Notes under the pieces: generated by a model
Seen by the model: only the letters and a program-made list of their open reading frames with translations
What the model was told of the DNA's origin: nothing
Database searches by the model: none
Translations under genes and position numbers: made by a program
Part shown: piece by piece, positions 23,201-35,986 of the stretch
Numbering within the stretch: the stretch's first letter is position 1
Layout: every line of letters starts with the position of its first letter
Source of the DNA: Cycas panzhihuaensis
Taxonomy: Eukaryota > Plantae > Cycadophyta
Assembly: GCA_023213395.1 (NCBI GenBank)
Contig: CM041465.1
Location: forward strand, 138,763,741-138,827,740
Direction: 5' to 3'
Length of the DNA: 64,000 nucleotides

Positions 23201-26200
23201 TTAAGTTTGTAAAGCCAATGTCGACATTTCTGTCCTCCATTAAGGAGGTTTGTAATGAACTGAATACTTTAGGTAGTCTTGCAACAAGGGATGAACTCAT
23301 CACTTCCATCACCAAAGCATTGCCAAAGGACTACAACGGCTTCATATCATCTACCACACGAGATGGTTCACTTAAGAAGATGACATTTAATGAACTTGAA
23401 AGCTTATTGCTTCAAGAAGAACAGATTTATGCTAAGGACAATGAAGAACCATCTACACCAGGTGCTTTCACGGCCAAGTCAAAGGCCAATCAGATCTCCA
23501 AACCTGCATTCACAAAGCAGTTTGAAAACATGAACATTGGCTCTTCTAAGTCCAATGTTGTATGTCATTATTGTGGCAAACCTGGCCACATTGCACCTGA
23601 TTGCAGAAAGAAGCAGGCAGATCTACGACAACAACAGCAGCAGCAGCCACAGCCACAAGGTCAGCGACAACAGCAACCAAGGCAACAGTATCAACAGAGA
23701 TTTCAGCAGCCAGATCAGTAGCAGAATCCCCCTCGACCAAATCGAGGTGCCTATCGAGGAGGTCAAAGAGGAAGGGGGGGTCAAAGAGGTGGCTACCAAC
23801 ACCACTTTAATCAGTTTGCCGATGAAGACACACTTTTTTGTGCATATCACTCATCCAAGGCTGATCAAACTTGGATTGTTGATTCAGGAGCTTCTCAGCA
23901 TATGACAGGGAGTGAAGAACTCCTATGCAATATTAAGGAAGGTAAAGGTCAATCAGTGACTTTTGGAAATAATGAATCTGTTGAGATTTCAGGCATAGGC
24001 ACAATAGCTCCTTTCCACTCTTCAGAAAATCCTTCCTCCACATTTCCCAATAGTGATGCATACTTCATTCCTTCCATGGAGAAGAGTTTGCTATCTGTTA
24101 GCAAGTTGGACAAGCAACTGATGAGCGTGTTATTCAAGAATGGGAAATGTCTCATTCGTGACAAAGATGACCAGATTGTAGCTGTTGCATATGAGGATCA
24201 AGGTCTTTACAAGTTGGATGCCAATAACATTACACTTGTTTCTGCTTATTCTGGTTCCATGGTCATTATATCTTTGTCGAAAATGCAATTATGGCATCAA
24301 CGTCTAGGTCACTTAAGCCTAGATAATTTGAAGCAGATGATGAACAAAAACATGGTATATGGGCTTCCGAAGATATATGGTTCAAAATGTCTTTGTGAAG
24401 CTTGCATAATGGGGACTCAACATCGGTTGCCTTTTCCTAAAGGCAAAGCTTCGCGTACATCTTATCCCTTGCAGTTAATTCACTCAAACTTATGTGGACC
24501 CATGTCCACTCAATCATTTGGAGGAGCATTGTTCTACATATCCTTCACTAATGACTTTTCTCATAAAGTCTGGGTCTACTTCATAAAGCAAAAATCTGAA
24601 GCTTTCTCTAAGTTCAAAGAATTCAAAGCTGAAGTAGAAAATGAATCTGGCTACTCAATTGGAACATTAAGGACAGATAATGGAGGTGAATTCACTTCAA
24701 ATGAATTCAACCAATTTTGCAAGGATAATGGAATTCGGAGACAACTTACAGTTCCTCATACTCCTCAACAAAATGGAGTCTCCGAAAGGATGAATAGAAC
24801 TTTGGCTAATAAAGCCAAAACTATGATGCATGTGAAAGGACTTCCTCGAGCTTACTGGGCAGAAGCATTTCACACAGCTGCCTATGTGGCCAATCGAAGT
24901 CCTACTACAACAGTCACCAACATTACACCTGAGGAGGCATGGACTGGTAAGAAACCAACTATCAGCCATTTGAGGACATTTGGGTGCACTGCATATACGC
25001 ACATACCTGATCAGCAAAGAACAAAGTTGGATAAACATAGTCTCAAATGCATCTTTGTAGGATATGCCATTCATAGCAAGGCCTACAAGTTGTATGATCC
25101 AATTGGAAGAAAAATGCATCTCTCAAGAGATGTAATCTTTGTTGAAGATGATCAGAAAGAGTTGGATGTGGCATCAATCCAACCCCCCATTGATAAAGGC
25201 AAAAAGATTGTTGAGGACTTCCCTCCCTCTCAATCTTCTACACCATGTACTTCATCTGCACCTGCTGGACCGTCTATGTCATCATCTTCTGCTCCACTTA
25301 AACCTTCCACATCATCTTCTGTTGATCAATCACTTAAACTAGAAGACATTGAGGTTCATGCTACTTCATTTCAAAAGTTACCTAAATGGTATACTCAAAC
25401 AGTGCAGGACGGTCATATTATTGAAGGGAAACGTCCATCAAAATATAGGCAGCAAACAAATTTTGCACTTCTGGCTGAAGTGCTTTCTATTGACGAGCCT
25501 TCTACTTTTGAGGAGGCTTCAAAAAATGACAATTGGAAAGCTGCCATGGATGAGGAGATCCATTCTATTCACAAGAATGGCACATGGGATTTGGTCAAAT
25601 TGCCTCCACATAAACAGGCAATCAGTTGTAAATGGGTCTATAAAACCAAATTTCATTCTGATGGTACACTTAAGCGTCAGAAGGCACGCCTTGTGGAAAA
25701 GGGATTCAAACAAAAGGAAAACATTGATTATGAGGAAACCTTTGCACCAGTGGCAAACATGAACACCATCAAACTGCTTATGGCCTTAGCAGCACAATGC
25801 AAATGGCCAGTTTATTAGATGGATGTGAAGAGCGCCTTTCTTAATGGCGATCTTCAAGAGGAAGTATACTTGGAGCAACCTCCTGGTTACAAAGAACAAG
25901 GCAAGGAGCATCTAGTGTGTTGCCTAAAAAAGGCTTTGTATGGCTTGAAACAAGCTCTTAGGGCATGGTATGCAAAAAACGATGACTACTTCTTGAGACA
26001 TGGGTTTCATCGATCTACCTCAGATCCTAATTTGTACATCAAACATGAACAAAACCATGTCATTTATATTGCCTTGTATGTAGATGACTTAGTGATCACT
26101 AGTGATGACACTAAGCTCATAAAGATTCTCCAGGATGATTTGAAGAGAAGCTTCGAGATGGTGATCTTGGACTTCTCCATTATTTTTTAAGCTTTGAGGT

Positions 26201-27573
26201 ATGGCAGCAGCCAGGCTATATCTTCATCTCCCAAGCAAAATATTCTTGGGACATCTTGCAGAGGTTCAGGATGCATGACGCAAGGCAGCGCCTACACCCA
26301 TGGAGAGCGGAACCAAGCTTACTCTTAATGAGGAAGGCGAACGTGAATCCACTCTTTTCCGGCAGTTGAATGGTAGTCTCATATATCTCACCAACACTCG
26401 TCCAGACATTTCATTTGCAGTTGGGATTTGCTCTCATTTCATGTCTCAACCCAATCAGAAGCATTGGAAGGCAGCAAAATGCATACTCAAGTACATCAAA
26501 GGTACATTACAGCTTGGCCTTGAGTATGCACATAATGAGAACTTCACTTTGGAAGGGTTCTCCGATTCTGATTGGGCAGGATGCCAGGATAGCAGGAGAT
26601 CAACCTCAGGTTACTGTTTTACCCTTAGTTCAGCAGTTGTTTCATGGAGTTGCAAGAAGCAACCAAATGTTACCTTGTCCTCCACTGAAGCAGAGTACAA
26701 AGTTGCAATCGGTAGCGACTTCGAGGCTATCGCTATAATGATTCTTGGCGAGCTTAAACTTGAGCAGGAGCAACCTACCAGTATTCATCGCGACAACCAG
26801 AGTGTGCTCAAGCTAACTAAGAATCCCGTTTTTCATGCACGGACCAAGCATATTGAAGTTCACCATCATTTCATCGTAGAGCATGTACGGTGGTGAGATC
26901 AATCTTCAACATTGACCAAGCGAGCGGCGGACATCGACATCTTTACCAAGCCACTTGGTAGAGAAATTTGTAAACTTTAGAGATGGTCTAGGGTCCGACT
27001 TAACATTGTAAAGCGATGAAGGGGTGTTAAACCTTATATTTTACCTTATGTTTATATGTTAAGCTTTCTGTACTTTATGTTAATGTATTATGTGCACTTT
27101 AATGTTTTATATGCACTTTTGTACTTTAAGGGTGACTTTATCACTTAAGTGATAAACTACACACCCACTTTATGTCTAGTGACATAACGTTGTCACTTAT
27201 GTCACTTGAGGGTCAAATGACCCCCTTGCACTTTTGCTCACAAGAGCTTCCAATGGACACTTGTCCTACATGCAAGCATGCATTGCATGATTGACACTTG
27301 TCAATCATGCAATAGCCTCTCATCTCCCTCTATTTAATGAGGCCTTTCTTCATTGTTGTTCATTCAAAAGTTGGAGCTCATTGTTATTCTGTCAGTTTGC
27401 TAATCAAGCTGAACATTCTTTGGTGGTTGGACTAATTCCAACACCCCATACTCGATATCATTATCTTGCTCCTCTTTCTCCTTGTGTTCTTTGTGTTTAT
27501 GCTTAATGCATTTATTGCTTTTATGCTTTGTTAATGATCTTGGACCTATGTGACCATTAGGCCCATTCTAACA
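20225..27573 (+). mobile_element. Ty1/copia element D, full length, best-preserved element in the window
   Basis: LTRs 20225-20779 and 27025-27573 (about 17 substitutions and 2 indels by eye). PBS tggtatcagagc 20782-20793. PPT before 27025. TSD gtagc / gtagt. Confidence 0.95.
22847..27003 (+). pseudogene. Element D gag-pol with few lesions (638-aa open stretch 23902-25818)
   Basis: Knuckle CHYCGKPGHIAPDC, WIVDSGASQH, LWHQRLGH, LRTDNGGEF, TPQQNGVSER, MDVKSAFLNG, YVDDLV, SDSDWAG, RTKHIEVHHHF. Confidence 0.93.
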
Positions 27574-30500
27574 GTAGTTGACTTCATTCACAAGGTTACC
27601 ACTATCCGGAATGAACTTCTGAGTACTGGAGAAGTAATTTCAAAAAAAGAAATTGTTGACGTGGTAGCGGAAAAGATTCCCAAAGCCTTTGATGTGACCA
27701 TTAATACCATTACCAATACCGACATAATTGAAGAAATGTCACTTGTTGATCTGACTGGCATGTTGATGAGATAGGAACAAAGGAACAGAAGATACGAAGA
27801 TGGAATAGAAGATGCCTTTGCAACAAGACCAAACATAGGAGGCTCAAGAGGAAGAGGGCGCTTCAAAGGTAAAGGACACACATCAGAGTTCATAACTCCT
27901 TCACGTGGTAGATGGTCAGAAACCAAGATCGTGGTCGCATGTACACTCCAAGAGATGCTCGGGTCTGCTTCCACTACGGCAAACATGGTAATTTTTCAAG
28001 TCAATGTCAGATGTTTGATATCTGCTATCACCGCGGACAATCAGGGCACTATTTGTATCAATGTCATGAAAGAAGAGATGAGATTCAGAGAGGGAAAAGA
28101 CCTGTCGGCAACTACAACAAGGAACAATTAGAGGAAGAAGAAGAAACAACTCTCATTGCTATTCTATTAGCTAGTCTTCATGACTTTGACGTATGGTTCA
28201 TCGACTCAGGGACGTCAAGGCACATGACAAACAGAAAAGATTGGTTCGAGTCAATCAAAAGTTATTCATCAAAGCCAGTCGAGCTTGGAGATAAGCACCC
28301 TTTAAGCATTGAAGGAGTATGAACTATTTCCATAAATCTGCAAGGTTCTGTGAGAAAAGTCGATAATGTACTCTTTGTACCTGAACTCAAGATGAATCTC
28401 CTATCAGTATCTCAACTAAGCAACAAGGGTTTGAGAACCATTTTTGATGAAAAGGGAATGTGCTATGTGTTAGATATGAAAAATGGAGGTGTTGTCATTG
28501 CGAAGGGAGTGAAGTACAATGATTTGTATAAATTGTTGTCCCTTCCTATTGATCCCAACATAGATGTAAAAGCATTCTCTACTATAAATTTCAATAATAA
28601 TAAAATGTGGCATTTGAAGTATGGACACCTTCCCTTAGATAAATTAGAAATGATGATGAAAAATAATGTAGTAAATGGTCTTCCTTCCATCTCATCGGAG
28701 AACTTTGTTTGCAAAGGTTGTCAATGTGGAAAACAACATCGTTTTCCCTTTAAAACTAATAAATAGAGTGCTCAAGAGAAACTAGAGTCAATACACACAA
28801 ACTTGTGTGGTCCTCTAACACCTCTGTCTGTAAATGGTTCTTAACCTTCATTGATGATTCCACCAGAAACGTGTGGGTGTATTTCATTCATAATAAGTCA
28901 GATGTGTTTGATACATTTAAGGAATTTAAAGTAGAAGTAGAGTTAGAATCAAGATGTAAAATTAAATGCATCAGGTCAGACAATGGAGGGGAATATATCT
29001 CAAAGGAATTCCTCGACTTTTGTAAAGCCAAGGGCATTCGGAGACAGTTCACAACTCCTCATACACCTTAGTCAAATGGTGTAGCTGAACGAAAGAATAG
29101 AACCATAATGGAAATGGCTTGAAGTATGATCCATGAAAAACAAGTTCCGAGGACCCTCTTTAAGAGGCGATGCATCTGACTTGTTACCTAATGAATCGAA
29201 GTCCAACAACAGCACTGCAGTAGATAACACTAGAAGAAGCTTGGACTAGAAGGAAGCTTGACATAAGTAATCTATGAATCTTTGGTAGTCAAACTTTTGT
29301 ACATATTCCAGATAAATCTAGAACAAAACTAGATTCAAAATGCATAGAATGTGTTATGGTAGGGTACAGTAAAAACTCAAAAGGGTACAAATGCATAGAT
29401 CCCAAGACAAATAAAATCTATGTAAGTAGGGATGTAGTCTTCAATGAAGATTTTCCATCCGAGGTCAAATCTCCAATACAAATAATTGAAGGAGTGCCCA
29501 GAATCGAACCTCAAGACGAACTGTTTGTTGAAGAATCAGGGATGACAACAGAACCAAAACTGGAAGAATCAAAATCTGTTTCTCATATTGAAGAAGAACC
29601 TACATCAGAAGAGTCAGCTTTAGAAGCACCATAGAAAATGGTACCAAAATGGTACATCAAAACCATACAAGAAGGGAAAGGATATATGTTCACACATAAG
29701 GCCAGAAGTCAACAGCATCAAGCCCTCCTTAGCAAATTACAGCCACAGTCTTTTGAAGAAACGAAAGAGCATGCAAAGTGGAGAACAGCCATGGATGTAG
29801 AGATGAATGCCATAGGCAAGAATCAAACATGGGACCTGGTAGAATTACATCCCAACAAGCCAGTGGTCAATTGCAAATGGGTGTACAAAGTAAAAGAGGG
29901 TGTAGATGGAAAAATAGAAAAATTCAAAGCAAGACTTGTGGTAAAAGGGTACACCCAGACTGTTGGAATTGACTTCAATGAGACCTTTTCACCTATAGCT
30001 AAAATGAATACATTTTGAATGGTGATAGCACTAACAACTCAAAAGAACTGGAAGCTCTACCAGTGGGATGTCAAAAGTTCCTTTCTGCACGGATAACTGG
30101 AGGAAGAAGTTTACATGCACCAACCCAAAGGCTATGTCCAGCCAGGACAAGAACACCTGGTATGTAAACCCAAAAAGGCAATATGGTTTAAAACAGGCCC
30201 CCAAAGCATGGTACGCTAGACTACACTAGCATCTATCCCAAAATGGTTTCCAAAGGAGCAATTCTGATTCAAGTCTTTACATAAAAAGAAATAATGGAAC
30301 AATTTCAATTATAGTAGTCTATGTGGATGATACGATACTCACTGGAGATGACACCAAATCTATCTCAAACATAAAAAGTCAGTTAAAAGAGGATATTGAA
30401 ATGACTAACTTGGGTCCTTTGAACTACTATCTAGGAATAGAAATTGAGCAAAATGAAAAGCATAATGCACTCTCACAAGACAAGTATATCAGGGATTTGT

Positions 30501-31522
30501 TAACTAAGTACCAAATGGAGAACTGTAACAAGTGTGCAACCCCTATGGAAGTACGTTGCAATCTAGTGCCAAAAGAAAGGGAGCCTTCAGTTGATTGCAC
30601 ACTTGATAGACAATTGATCGGAAGTCTTATTTACCTCACTGCCACAAGACCTGACATCTCACATTCAGTAGGTCTAGTTTCTAAATACATGCAGGATTCC
30701 AAGCTAAAACATTGAAAAGTTGCAAAAAGAATACTCAAATACCTGAGAGGGACAACAAATCTAAAATTGGTATACAGCAAAGAAAAGTCAACACAACTGA
30801 TTAGATACTGCGATTCTAACTAGGCAGGTGATAAGGATACCAAAAGATCCACCAATGGATATTGTTTCTTCCGTGGATCAGCTGCCATTTCATGGTGAAA
30901 TAAGAAACAACCCACTGTTGCACTTTCTTCAACCGAAGCAAAATACAAATTAGCGATCAGCGCAACTTGTGAAGCTTTCTGGCTACGACAACTACTAAGA
31001 GACATGAACCAAATACAACAAGAAGAAACAATGCTGCTCTGTGATAATCAAAGTGCAATTAAGCTGACCAAAAACCATGTCCTGCATGCATGAACAAAGC
31101 ACATAGAAGTGCATCATCACTTCATCCAAGAAAAGGTGCAAAATAAAGAAAGGGTGTTAGAATATAATGTTTTATCAGAGGAACATTAGAGAAAGGGAGC
31201 AATGTGTTTAAAACCCTCATTATATCTAATTCATATGTTTATTGTTAGAACCGTGGAACGGTTACAAAGTCTGTTGTATATAAAGGAGATTTCCCTCCAT
31301 CAATAATCAATTGAGTGATTCCATTCTTCCTCACTATTGAGGGTCTGATTTTCTACACTTTATACGTATTTTGTGACTTCCAATTTTATCTTTTCTCACA
31401 CTGAAGATTACTGGAATTTTGGATAGTCTACAAGTAAATGCAATAATGTTCTTGACAAAATTTGGAGCTCTAAACACCTCTCTAAGAAGAATTTTTGTTT
31501 TTTCTTTTGGTTGGGGGGTGGG

Positions 31523-33048
31523 GAATCCGTATTAATACAATTCCCACTAAATGATGACTTAATAAATCCAGTTTGTCTTTAGGTGGTTGTGATGATTGTG
31601 GTGTCGAAGAATCATGTATTCATCTGGTCTGGTTTTGTCCATTTGCTAAAAGATTTTGTGACCCTCTTTTATCAGCTTTTTGAAGCTGCAACTAACTTAA
31701 AGATAACTTGGAAACATATTTTTGTTGCTCTTGAGTCTATGAATGAGTTTTTGAAGGAAGCCTAGAGTATCTGCTCTGTAGAAACACTCTTTTTAATTTG
31801 GTAGTTGAAATGTCATGCATTATTGCGTGAGCATAAAGCTCCAAGAGAATGTACTAGCATTTGCCACTCTGCTACCCGTGGGTCTTGCATCTTGCAGGTT
31901 TCTTCTTCACTGGATGTGGATCCTGAACAGGCATGGGCCCTTTTACTGTATGACACTCCCTTCCTTGGTGGTAATTTTAGAGTAAGAGGCAGCAGTCAGA
32001 CAAGGGAAGGTAAGGCAAGCTGGGGAAGTAGGTTTTCCCTTATCTGAGCGCATGATTATCAGCAGGCAGCTCCCCAAATTGATGTTGTTTGGTGGGGGTG
32101 GTGGGGGTGGTCTCAGGTTTGTTGCTAGTAAGGCTCCCAATCAAACAGGGAATGTGAGCGAGCCCACAACTCCAAAGGTTACTGCTGCAGATGACTCTCA
32201 TGGCAGATCCTCCAAATGCCACCAGTCTGGGCAGACTCCTCGAGGAATGTCCCCTCAGGTTGATGAATGTTGGAACACAGGTGAAGTTGCATTTGACAGG
32301 CCATATGATAAACCTCCTATTGAGATCTCTCCTCCTGGTACAGTTAGTCCACGTTCAACTCTGGTTCTTCTTCCTCAATGTGAGACAGTCCTGACATGCT
32401 CAGCAGAAGGTGAGGAGGACTTGTAAGCAGCCTCTAGTACTGGTACAAGTCATAAGCGTGCTCCCCCTTCTCCAGCTTTAGGGGAGATTGTAGAAGGAAA
32501 CCCAAAACTGTTGGTCCCTAACTTGACAGCTTTTGATTGGGACTATGTTGATTTCATGATTGATAAAGCCACAGTTCCTCCTCCTCTTGTGCATAGTTTC
32601 TGGTCCCTCCTCTGGCAAAACTATTCAGGATCCTGCTGCAGAACAGGTTACCCGTATTTCTAGCTCATCAGATGAGGGGTCTCCTGATAACTCTGGCGAG
32701 GTTATCCATACTCCCAGCAAGGTGCAACCTGGGAGCAGCTCTTACTCTGCACAAAATCAAGAACATGTAGCCAAGATTCAAGCCTTTGTTCGGCAGTTAA
32801 AAAGGATCAACCAGGCTCGTAGCAAGCTAAAGAAATAAGTCCTTTTCTGACTTCCTCCAGTAAGACTCATTTTGTAACTTGATTAGTCTGTTTTGTTTCA
32901 AGGGTTTCTCTCTTTTTTGATAGCCCTGGGGAGACTTCTTTCCCTCTGGTTAAAGTTCTGTACTTCTCTTTTCTGTTATAACGCTGAATGCTGTTAGACA
33001 GCCCCCTTTTTTCAAAATGAAAAAAAAAAGGATCAAAAAAAAAAAAAA
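31523..33048 (+). mobile_element. 5'-truncated L1/Tx1-type LINE 3' end with poly(A)
   Basis: zf-RVT-like CCHC GGCDDCGVEESCIHLVWFCPFAK at about 31582-31650, then ETLFLIW. A-tracts at about 33014-33048. No TSD seen. Confidence 0.72.
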
Positions 33049-33116
33049 CCCTTGAATCAATTCTTCTAATGAAGATGAGAAGTTTCAAAAATTAATCCTC
33101 AAATATCTATGTAGCA

Positions 33117-33274
33117 CAGGTGCAGGTTTGGCATTTGGTGCACCAAACCCACACCCTGATCACACAGGATGAATGGTGCATCCCAACCACATCCACAAGA
33201 AACCTAGGTTCAGCAGAAATGCACCCCACTAAACCCAGACTGCACCCAGATTCATCCAGCCAAACCCGGCCCTA
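33117..33274. mobile_element. Possible hAT-derived MITE
   Basis: Imperfect 16-bp inverted termini (caggtgcaggtttggc versus reverse complement tagggccgggtttggc, 12/16) and repeated aaaccc/gcaccc motifs. No TSD. Confidence 0.3.
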
Positions 33275-34291
33275 AAATGGGCTCCACATAGCCAAAAGGG
33301 GAAAAACTAACTTTAACTAACCCTAACAACTAGCAACTAACAACTAAGTCTCATTCGGAGCATCTTTATGTTGCAACAATCAACCAAAGCAAGGACAGCA
33401 AGCTGTCAAGTTGAAGCTAGCAAACATCCATTGTGCAGAAAGCAATCTTTGAGGACACCAAGGACTTTTTTTTCCTTCTCCATCCCGCCTCTCTTCTTGC
33501 CAGCTCTCCTTGTGTACGGATCCCCCACTTTGTTCTTATTTTCAGGAATGGAGGATTCAACTTGTGCCCCAGCTTTAACTGCCAATGCTCCAAGATGATT
33601 CTTCACACAACCAAACTAACATGCTACTCAATTGCTGGTATATCAATGAAAAGATAATCCCTCACTACTACCTAACAAACCGATAGGAATAGTGTAGAAA
33701 ATAATATGTCTTCATAAATTATCATTGCACAGCTCTCAAAACTGGAATGGTATTCACTGATAGAAGCATTCAGGCAAAATCCATGGAAATGCCCAGAAAA
33801 GATGTATCATATTCATGAAAACAAGTTGCTATACAGAGTGTCCCAATCCCCAACTAAATGTCATTCAAGGATATATGCAATGTGTAGGAACACGAGAACT
33901 GCCACATAAGAAGTTGACAACAGTGAAATGACACACAACAAATGGCCAGAGTTCCTTGAACTGCAGTGGATAACATCAGCAACAATTTATCCTTGATTTC
34001 ATTTAGTAGGCCGATGCAACAAGACTAACAAGCAAAGATGCAGAGTACAAGCATATTGCAAAGAAACATATAATTGCTATGATTGGTGGAATTACAAGAT
34101 CTATCAATAAAAGTCAAAGATTTGAACTGTATAATTATACAGGAGATGATCACATATCAAAGCATTGTCAAGACTCAAAACCTACAAGCCAAAACCATAA
34201 AGAACATACAGCAGAGTTATAATTCAGTGTGAGAATGATATGATCAAAAATTCAAAACATAAATGATAATCTCAAAAGGTGAAGGGTGTAC

Positions 34292-34410
34292 TTCAGAGCG
34301 TAGATCATCCACTGAAGTAGCCGAGAACGTAGGCACAAGATCAGAACCATTGATAATAGAAGTAATGAACTGTGTGCCCGATTCTGCCAAATCCCAAGTC
34401 ATGCAGGCAG
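34292..34410 (-). CDS. Next exon of the same lipase gene, carrying the putative catalytic Asp
   Basis: AG|..|GT bounded, 119 bp, phase-compatible across a 617-bp intron: AACMTWDLAESGTQFITSIINGSDLVPTFSATSVDDLRSE. Confidence 0.93.
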
Positions 34411-35027
34411 CTGCAAAGCACACAATAATATTAACTAGAATGAAGTGGTAATCTGCACGTGGGGACTGGATGATGCCCCGCCTCTAAGCAAAAAGTGAAA
34501 GGAATACAGAAAAGATGGCATAAGCAAAGCAATAACGAGACAAACAATGATGTCATCCAAAGTCATTATCTATTTTAATGAAACCAAAATATAGAATGTT
34601 AAGCTCAGGTGTTGATAATAAAGAAGACAACTCATCTCAATATTATGCAATGGGGATTTTACTTCAAATGTTTATATCTACAGAACATGTGCCCAAGTTC
34701 AACAAGAAACTCTAAGCACAATGTCAAGAACACAGCTTGGATAACTATTAAGGGCCATGATGATATATTAAATATCTCCCAAATGATTCACATAATTGTA
34801 CTAGCTGACAAGCATATATCAAGCAAAAAATGTTATCACCTGTGTTAATCCAGTATCGGATTTAGCCTTTAAATTTTTAAAAGACCTCACATGCTACATT
34901 GCACAGGTAACGTGTTTATTCATTAGGTCCGTTATGTTTCTTTGGAAAATTCACACAATAAAGATGCAAAATAATACACCTAAACATTGTAAAAGTTAAG
35001 AACCTTAGGGAAATGCATCCAATATAC

Positions 35028-35130
35028 CTGGAGCAAATGTTACACAATGCGTAGATGAAAACTCTTTGCGCTCCCGAAGCACATATGTCAGAAGAGCAGC
35101 AGTACCTCCACCCAAAGAGTGTCCAACAAT
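35028..35130 (-). CDS. Exon of lipase class 3 (mono-/diacylglycerol lipase-type) host gene, carrying the catalytic Ser
   Basis: AG|..|GT bounded, 103 bp: IVGHSLGGGTAALLTYVLRERKEFSSTHCVTFAP+G, with the GxSxG nucleophile elbow. Confidence 0.93.
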
Positions 35131-35814
35131 CTGACATTCCATAAGAGCATGTCAGAAATTTTGCAATGAAAACCGCCTAGCGTTGAGAATCAGAGGAGAA
35201 GCATGTTGAATGCAAGTACAAAGAATATGTGCAATGTTTCAATGTCACTATGAACAGAAATATGGACATCATCAAATAAAAATCCAGACGGTGCTTAGAA
35301 GACAGAAACCCTGAATTACCACATTAACTTGAGTATGCACTCACGGTTGCAAAACATCAACAGAGCACATCCAAAAAACTTTCAAGCATAGAAGTTTACA
35401 ATATACCAGAAATTCTGCAGTAACTTGATAACATTCACAAAACACCTTGTCACATAGCATCTGATGAAGAGTACTCTCACCGCAAGAATGAGAAAACAGA
35501 AGGAAAATGGAAGTCAAAATTGCAATAGAATCTTCAACCTTCAGAACTGAAGTTATAAACGCAGATCATATGCTTCCATAACCCACAAACAAGTTCAAAA
35601 TGCTTGTTTCAGGGGATTTTTCTTTTTGTTTTTTTTTTCAATCAAAGAGAACATTATTAAGCATGGCCACCACCTCCAGTAGATCTATGAAGCAACCGCA
35701 AAAGATGTGTAAAGGCAGAGATGTCCTTATAAAGCACTGCTTAGGCAGACGCTGGACATAAATCCTTCCTCAGGTATTTCAAAAATTATTTCCAGGCCTT
35801 GATACACCTAGTTC

Positions 35815-35986
35815 TGACATGTGTATAATCTACAAGTCTTAGCAATTTTCCATCCAATTGCCCCAAGTTTGCATCTGACTCAGAAATTGAACCAATTCTC
35901 TTTTTTGACACATGTATAAACTACAAGTCTTAGTGATTTTCCATTCAAGTGCCCCAAGTTTGTATCAATTGAATTGATTCTCTTCT
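35815..35986. repeat. Degenerate tandem duplication, period about 91 bp
   Basis: tgtataa.ctacaagtcttag..attttccat.caa.tgccccaagtttg in units starting at 35815 and 35906. Confidence 0.75.

Larger units (their letters stand above)
19641..31357 (+). mobile_element. Ty1/copia element E (5' LTR lost), interrupted in gag by D
   Basis: Leader, then gag ATG 19857; gag resumes at 27579. Two knuckles, WFIDSGTSRH, integrase, RT and RNase H. 3' LTR 31155-31357. The RNase H end and most of the PPT are deleted. Confidence 0.87.

Noticed and set aside
27008-27044. PPT hairpin in element D
   Set aside because: Only weak G-U-rich pairing in an indel-rich stretch; not counted as support.
33368-33657. ORFs near the lipase exons as a possible next exon
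   Set aside because: No frame resembles the expected continuation of the lipase after DDLRSE.
35461-35500. ctgatga followed by hairpin agagtactct (hammerhead-like start)
   Set aside because: No GAAA directly after stem II and no stem I/III pairing.
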